Positions 35,755 through 40,520 of a DNA stretch of 40,520 nucleotides are shown piece by piece. The notes beneath the pieces were generated by a model. It saw only the letters and a list, made by a program, of their open reading frames with translations, was not told where the DNA came from and did no database searches. Source of the DNA: Minisyncoccota bacterium (GTDB lineage Bacteria > Patescibacteriota > Minisyncoccia > Phycocordibacterales > GWA1-40-21); assembly GCA_041663045.1 (NCBI GenBank), contig JBAZRH010000002.1, positions 73,179 to 113,698 on the forward strand, read 5' to 3'. The position numbers and the translations under genes were made by a program. Numbering within the stretch: the first letter of the stretch is position 1; the number at the start of each line of letters is the position of its first letter.

Positions 35755-36507
35755 TTAAGGTTTAAGGGGAACCTCAATTGCCTCACGCGCACCCATGCCG
35801 TCGATCTCGCCGCCGGCGTTGATCCAGTGGAACCTGACATTGCGATCGGACGGGTTCCAGTAGCCGTAAGCCACCTCGCCGTCCGAAAGGCGTTCCGTCG
35901 GGAACCATGTCCAAGTCTCCGGATCAAGGTACTGATTCGTGGCTTCGTAGTATTGTCCGAATGCCAGAGCGTATACCTTGAGGGGAAGCCAGAGACGACC
36001 GGTTTTCACCAGAGTGTTTGGTGACTTGCCCATTGTATTCTTCGTTGGACGCGGATTGCGTTCAATGAGGAACAGTCTGGGTTTGTCGGAAGCTTCGTGA
36101 TATTTATACTTATTCACGTCCACTTCTTCGTACGCCTTGGACAGACCGTATTTCTGCAGGCTGTTCACGGCTTGACGGTTGTCCACGCCGGATGGTTGGA
36201 GAATCGCGATGACTTCCTTCCACGGCAGGACTTCCGGCAAAGCAAACATCTCTGCGATATTCGCTTTGTAGCCGAAGAGCTTATCTGCTTGGTGTTCGGC
36301 GAGACCGATGGCGAAGGAGAGGTTGTTGCCGACCGCGACTTGTGTCGCAATATCAACAAACTTCCCTTCAATCGCCAACTGAAGATGCTTACTAAGCATC
36401 TCCGGATCATACGGATACCCGCCCCGTTGAAGATACAGTTGACGCTGAATCTCCGCGAACTGGTTTCCGAGCTTGACCGACATTTCGCCTGTGACAATTG
36501 TTGCCAT
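35755..36507 (-). CDS. DGR target protein with a C-terminal variable region (likely CLec-type fold), no signal peptide
   Basis: The C-terminus LSDGEVAYGYWNPSDRNVRFHWINAGGEIDGMGAREA is encoded by the VR; AAGGA upstream of the ATG. Confidence 0.88.
   Translation of the reverse strand: MATIVTGEMSVKLGNQFAEIQRQLYLQRGGYPYDPEMLSKHLQLAIEGKFVDIATQVAVGNNLSFAIGLAEHQADKLFGYKANIAEMFALPEVLPWKEVIAILQPSGVDNRQAVNSLQKYGLSKAYEEVDVNKYKYHEASDKPRLFLIERNPRPTKNTMGKSPNTLVKTGRLWLPLKVYALAFGQYYEATNQYLDPETWTWFPTERLSDGEVAYGYWNPSDRNVRFHWINAGGEIDGMGAREAIEVPLKP
35776..35890 (-). repeat. DGR variable repeat (VR) ending in a GC-rich GGGTGCGCGTGAGG element
   Basis: Direct alignment with the TR at offset 367. Confidence 0.93.
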
Positions 36508-36560
36508 GACGAATTCCTTTCTTATCTTTATTCTTTTCTGTTGGGCTCAAGCGGTATGCC

Positions 36561-36619
36561 TTTGCCACAGAGGAAAATTTTGAGTTTTGATTCTTTTCAA
36601 AATTTTCCTCTGTGGCAAA
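36561..36619. promoter_or_regulatory. 23-bp perfect inverted repeat in the predicted 5' UTR of the DGR target
   Basis: tttgccacagaggaaaattttga-N13-tcaaaattttcctctgtggcaaa. Confidence 0.6.
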
Positions 36620-36680
36620 CTTCTTTTTCTCACTTTTTCACCTTATTCCTCTTTTAAAGGTACTTTTTTAGTCCACGGGT

Positions 36681-36709
36681 ATTATACACCCTTTGAGTCT
36701 TTATGTCAA
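36681..36709 (-). promoter_or_regulatory. Consensus sigma70 promoter for the DGR target
   Basis: Minus strand TTGACA-taaagactcaaagggtg (17 nt)-TATAAT. Confidence 0.85.
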
Positions 36710-36793
36710 GCTGAAATAGGCGTTTTTGATAAAATACGGCTAATTTGCTAGGTTTTATACTTTTGCGAAGTAACATAAAGTGGCCCGTAAATA

Positions 36794-36823
36794 AGACTGG
36801 ATCCCCGCATCCGCGAGGATGAC
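36794..36823 (-). repeat. REP-like element (GTCATCC.CGCG...GGGGATCCAG type), right DGR border
   Basis: Minus strand gtcatcctcgcggatgcggggatccagtct. Confidence 0.55.
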
Positions 36824-36827
36824 AGAC

Positions 36828-36862
36828 AGAGGCGGGGTTTGCCGAAGGCAAACCCCGCCTCT
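36828..36862. terminator. Terminator after polA, c-GAA-g triloop
   Basis: agaggcggggtttgcc-gaa-ggcaaaccccgcctct. Confidence 0.75.
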
Positions 36863-36896
36863 TGTATTTCCTTTATAACTTTATAAACTTTCGACT

Positions 36897-39329
36897 TTAA
36901 ACTAACCCCTTCATCTCCTTCCAATTATCCCCCACCGAGGCATCCACCTTGCATACCACACCAAGAGTTTTCTCTTTTGGCACGAGAGTTTCCATTATTT
37001 CTTTTATCTTTGGAACTATTTTTTCTATGATTTTACTGTCCGCTTCATAGACAAGCTCATCATGCACTTGGAGAATCAGCTTCACTTTTTCCGTGAGACT
37101 TTCTTTTTTCAAATATTCATCTACTTTAGACATTGCAAGCTTCACAATATCCGCTTCTGTCCCCTGTATCGGAGCATTTATCGCCATCCTTTCTGCCATC
37201 GCTCGGATAAAAGGAAGCTTTGAACGCAATCCTTCAAAATATCTTCTCCTGCCAAAAAGAGTTTCAGTATATCCTTTTCTTTCGGCATCGGCTTTTGTAT
37301 TTTCCAAATATTTTGCAAGACCATTGAACTTATTAAAATATTCGTCGAGATATTTCTGCGCTTCTTCACGAGTGGAGCCGAGATTTGCTTTTAGTGCATT
37401 CACACCCATGCCATACATTATTCCGAAGTTGATCACTTTGGCTTTTCTCCTCATATCTTTATCTACCTTGTCTGCCGATACACCAAAAACTTCAGAGGCT
37501 ACAACAGTATGCACATCCTCCCCCTTTCTGAAAATTTCCAAAAGCTTTTCATCGCCCGAGAGAAAAGCGGCGATACGAAGCTCCACCTGCGAATAGTCAA
37601 AAGCAAGAAGTTTGAAACCTTTTTCGGCAATAAAAGCTTTTCTGATATTTCTGCCAAGCTCGCTCGAGTTGGGGATATTTTGCAAATTCGGATCTGAAGA
37701 TGCGAGTCGCCCCGTGGTAGTCCCCGCCTGCAAAAACTTCGCATGAAGCCTGTTATTTGAATCCAAAAGCGTCGGTATGACATCTATATATGTAGAAAGG
37801 AGTTTCTGTAATTCTCTATATTCAAAAATCAGCGGAATAATAGGGTGCATATCTCGCATTTTCTCAAGCTCACTTTCCTTTGTGGAAAGTGCACCAGTCC
37901 CCGTCTTTTTCTGATTCTTCGGCTTAAGCCCGAGCTTTACAAAAAGTATTTCACCAAGCTGTTTTGGTGAATTCACATTAAACTCCCCGCCGGCATATTC
38001 TACGATTTTCTTTTCCAGACCAGAAAGTGTTTTGTGATAATCTGTCGAAAGCTTTTTTAGCTCGTCTGCATCAATCTTAACCCCATTCTTCTGCATTTCA
38101 TCTATGACAGAGATTATCGGCTTTTCTATTTCTTCCCAAACTTTCACCAATTCCTTTTTTTGCAATTCTTCTTTGATAATTTTCTCTGCACTTACCAAAT
38201 CCTTTGCTTTTGTAAAATTATAAATATCTTCAAGAGCTGGATTCGTAATATTAGAATTCAATAGCCAAAGCTGTACGCCAAGCTCTTTTAATTTCTCTTC
38301 ATCTGCTTTATCCATCACTTTTTCCACCATCCCTCCCGTTAGCTCCCCCTCCAACTTGGAGGCGTCGCCTCCAAGTGATCCGAAATCCATCCCGCCCTGC
38401 CCTTCGCTCTTCAAGATATTTGCCAATCTCGGGCCGAGAGTTCTGAATTCCAGATCACTCCAGACAGCCGAGATTTTATCAAAATCGACATTTGCACTCC
38501 ATGTCTTTTCGGGAATCTTAAAGTCGATCGGTGCATCGCGTCTGATAGTCCCGAGCATTTTGGAAAAGTTCGCTTCTTCTTCACCATCTGTAAGTAGACC
38601 GACAATTCTCTCTTTTATTCCAGCTTCGATAAAGGCTGTCTTGCCCTTCTTCAGCTTTTTATAAATATCTTCAATACTGCCGAATTTCTGTATCAAATCG
38701 CTTGCCGTTTTCTCACCAATACCTTTTATTCCGATAATATTGTCGGACGGATCGCCTCTCAAACCTTTATAATCCGGCAAAAGCTCTGGCCCAAAACCGA
38801 ATCTTGCTCTCACAGCTTTTTCATCATAAATAATCGTATCTTTAATCCCCTTTTTCAAAGTATAGACTCGCACTTTTTCAAGAGAGACGAGCTGAAGCGT
38901 ATCCATATCTCCGGATGCGATCACAATATCCAAATCTTTTATTTTTTTTGCTTTCTCCGTAATAGTGCCGATCATATCATCCGCCTCAAAACCTTCTTTT
39001 GAATAGACTGGGATATTTAATGCATTGAAGATGTCGTAAGATTTTTTTAGTTGCGAGACAAGCTCTTCATCTGCCTTTGCTCTGCCGGCTTTGTATTCTT
39101 TGTATGCTTCATGGCGATATGTCGGCTTTGGCAGATCATAACAGGCTACGATATAATCTGGTTTCAAATCAGAGATAATCTTCAAAAGCATTGTGGAAAG
39201 ACCATAGAGAGCGCCTGTTGGCTCGCCTTTGCTTGTGGCAAATTCAGGAAGCGCATGATATGCACGGTGAATGATAGCGTGAACATCAAGGAGTACCAGT
39301 TTTTTATTTTTTTCTTTTTTCGCAGGCAT
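36897..39329 (-). CDS. polA: DNA polymerase I (5'-3' exonuclease + polymerase; proofreading domain reduced)
   Basis: IIHRAYHALP, EADDMIGT, SGDMD, GDPSDNI.GI.GIGEKTA; TTTGRLASSDPNLQNIP, DYSQVELR, RRKAKVINFGIMYG, QVHDEL. Confidence 0.97.
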   Translation of the reverse strand: MPAKKEKNKKLVLLDVHAIIHRAYHALPEFATSKGEPTGALYGLSTMLLKIISDLKPDYIVACYDLPKPTYRHEAYKEYKAGRAKADEELVSQLKKSYDIFNALNIPVYSKEGFEADDMIGTITEKAKKIKDLDIVIASGDMDTLQLVSLEKVRVYTLKKGIKDTIIYDEKAVRARFGFGPELLPDYKGLRGDPSDNIIGIKGIGEKTASDLIQKFGSIEDIYKKLKKGKTAFIEAGIKERIVGLLTDGEEEANFSKMLGTIRRDAPIDFKIPEKTWSANVDFDKISAVWSDLEFRTLGPRLANILKSEGQGGMDFGSLGGDASKLEGELTGGMVEKVMDKADEEKLKELGVQLWLLNSNITNPALEDIYNFTKAKDLVSAEKIIKEELQKKELVKVWEEIEKPIISVIDEMQKNGVKIDADELKKLSTDYHKTLSGLEKKIVEYAGGEFNVNSPKQLGEILFVKLGLKPKNQKKTGTGALSTKESELEKMRDMHPIIPLIFEYRELQKLLSTYIDVIPTLLDSNNRLHAKFLQAGTTTGRLASSDPNLQNIPNSSELGRNIRKAFIAEKGFKLLAFDYSQVELRIAAFLSGDEKLLEIFRKGEDVHTVVASEVFGVSADKVDKDMRRKAKVINFGIMYGMGVNALKANLGSTREEAQKYLDEYFNKFNGLAKYLENTKADAERKGYTETLFGRRRYFEGLRSKLPFIRAMAERMAINAPIQGTEADIVKLAMSKVDEYLKKESLTEKVKLILQVHDELVYEADSKIIEKIVPKIKEIMETLVPKEKTLGVVCKVDASVGDNWKEMKGLV

Positions 39330-39341
39330 CTACCTTAAGCT

Positions 39342-40169
39342 TTATCTAATTTGTGATATCTTGGTATTTAAAGCGTTTATTTCCCGCTCTTTATCAGCGA
39401 TTGCAGATCTTAATCTATCAACTTCTCCAACCAATGTTTTATCTTCCATTTCTGAATTATCTCTTTGTCTTTCTTTTGCAATTAAATCAGATTTTAATCT
39501 CTCTAGATCTTTATTTTTTGTCAAAAATAAATTGCCCACTGTCTTATCTGGCATAATCTTCCTACTATTTTCTGCCTCCTCACTTCTGTATTCTGCTTCC
39601 AGTCTTTCTATCTCTGATTCCTCTGTCGCCAAGTCTCTTTCTTTATCTGTTATATCTCTCTTTAACCTCTCAAACTCCGATCTAGCCATACTCAATTCTC
39701 TCTCTAAATCTGCAATACGTTTAGCTACAGCACTAGACTGTATTTCTTCACGATTAAGCTCTAGTTCCTCTCTCTGCCTTTCATTTTTAGCTGATTCAAC
39801 TTTCCTTCTGACCTTATCAAGATCAGCTTTTGGCACACCGACATTTCTTACTTGTGAGGTTGCTTTTGATTTCAAAGATAAAATCTCACTCTCTCCCCTG
39901 TTTATCTCTGTTTCTAATTCCAAAATACCTCGCTTGAATAAAGCGATATTGTTTCGCAGACCATTTAGCTTCGTCTCTCTGTTCCTTAAATCTAATTTGA
40001 GACGTTCTAATTCTTGTTTTCTATTACCAACCTGTAAAGACAAGGTGCTCTTATCCCTCTGTATCTGAGCCTTTCTAATATTTTCACTATCCCTTCTAGC
40101 TTCTTCGGCTAGTCTTCTTTTATCAAAAGGATTGTCGTTTGGAAGAGTTTTTCTATTGTCGTTTAACAT
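39342..40169 (-). CDS. Long coiled-coil hypothetical protein
   Basis: 275 aa, E/R/K-rich heptad pattern throughout, no TM. Confidence 0.7.
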   Translation of the reverse strand: MLNDNRKTLPNDNPFDKRRLAEEARRDSENIRKAQIQRDKSTLSLQVGNRKQELERLKLDLRNRETKLNGLRNNIALFKRGILELETEINRGESEILSLKSKATSQVRNVGVPKADLDKVRRKVESAKNERQREELELNREEIQSSAVAKRIADLERELSMARSEFERLKRDITDKERDLATEESEIERLEAEYRSEEAENSRKIMPDKTVGNLFLTKNKDLERLKSDLIAKERQRDNSEMEDKTLVGEVDRLRSAIADKEREINALNTKISQIR

Positions 40170-40186
40170 ACAAATATTATATCAGA

Positions 40187-40520
40187 TTATATTTCTATTT
40201 CTCTTTCACTTTCTGAAATAGATTTGAAAAATATCTTTAAGTGATTTTCTGGTAATATGTCTAAAATTCGCTCTGGCCACTCTATAAAAATAAGGTTTTG
40301 AGGATTTCTAGATATATCTTTCCAATTGAGAGCAAGCATCTCTCTCGATGAATCTAGGCGATATGCATCTATGTGTATAAGACTCGAAAACTTTCCACTT
40401 CCTGTAGTGTATCTCTTTTCAATAACAAATGTCGGGCTTGTGACTATTTCATTAACGCCCAATATTCTCGCTAATGCTTGAGTGAATGTTGTCTTCCCAG
40501 AACCAAGATCTCCATATAAA
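40187..40520 (-). CDS. tsaE: tRNA threonylcarbamoyladenosine biosynthesis ATPase TsaE, 5' end beyond the window
   Basis: Extending the frame gives LYGDLGSGKTTFTQALA..LGV...VTSPTF.I...Y; HIDAYRL; FIEWPE. Confidence 0.93.
   Translation of the reverse strand, partial: LYGDLGSGKTTFTQALARILGVNEIVTSPTFVIEKRYTTGSGKFSSLIHIDAYRLDSSREMLALNWKDISRNPQNLIFIEWPERILDILPENHLKIFFKSISESEREIEI

Larger units (their letters stand above)
34007..36796 (-). mobile_element. Diversity-generating retroelement cassette (target/VR, TR, Avd, RT)
   Basis: DGR-type RT, a TR/VR pair with adenine-specific mismatches, an Avd-like gene and a hairpin downstream of the VR. Confidence 0.93.

Noticed and set aside
49-40068. Many opposite-strand ORFs in the track (e.g. 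49-378, 5442-5831, 16781-17317, 30586-31197, 36097-36657, 37093-37596, 39361-40068)
   Set aside because: They are antisense shadows of well-supported genes with no recognisable motifs.
1-40520. CRISPR array
   Set aside because: No regularly spaced repeat-spacer series and no cas genes; the repeats are dispersed pairs.
1-40520. Alternative genetic code 25 (UGA=Gly)
   Set aside because: Long conserved genes are intact under code 11 and TGA ends ORFs (e.g. 1077, 34009).

Overview
AT-rich bacterial chromosomal window whose gene content and protein style point to a Patescibacteria/CPR (Parcubacteria-like) genome in genetic code 11 (inference). It carries housekeeping genes (glyA, thyA, folA, tmk, dCMP deaminase, folD, secE-nusG-rplK with no rplA, metG, tatD, nusA, tig, polA, tsaE), a type IV pilus operon (pilB, pilC, four pilin-like genes) next to two paralogous large surface proteins, and a secreted beta-helix/lipase fusion. 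At 34.0-36.8 kb is a diversity-generating retroelement (DGR): RT, Avd, a 115-bp TR and a target gene whose VR differs from the TR at 14 sites, 13 of them TR adenines. The DGR is unusual. avd lies antisense between TR and RT and overlaps the RT 5' end. Both genes share one C10/G10 run, which currently frameshifts Avd; a 9-C run would put both in frame, so this is a candidate phase-variation switch. The cassette is also bracketed by inverted REP-like elements. Separately, the window holds a modular set of structured palindromic repeats with compensatory base changes and a recurrent ATCAGAAT hairpin apex, found between genes and apparently in frame inside metG; tatD and polA carry other repeat-like in-frame segments.
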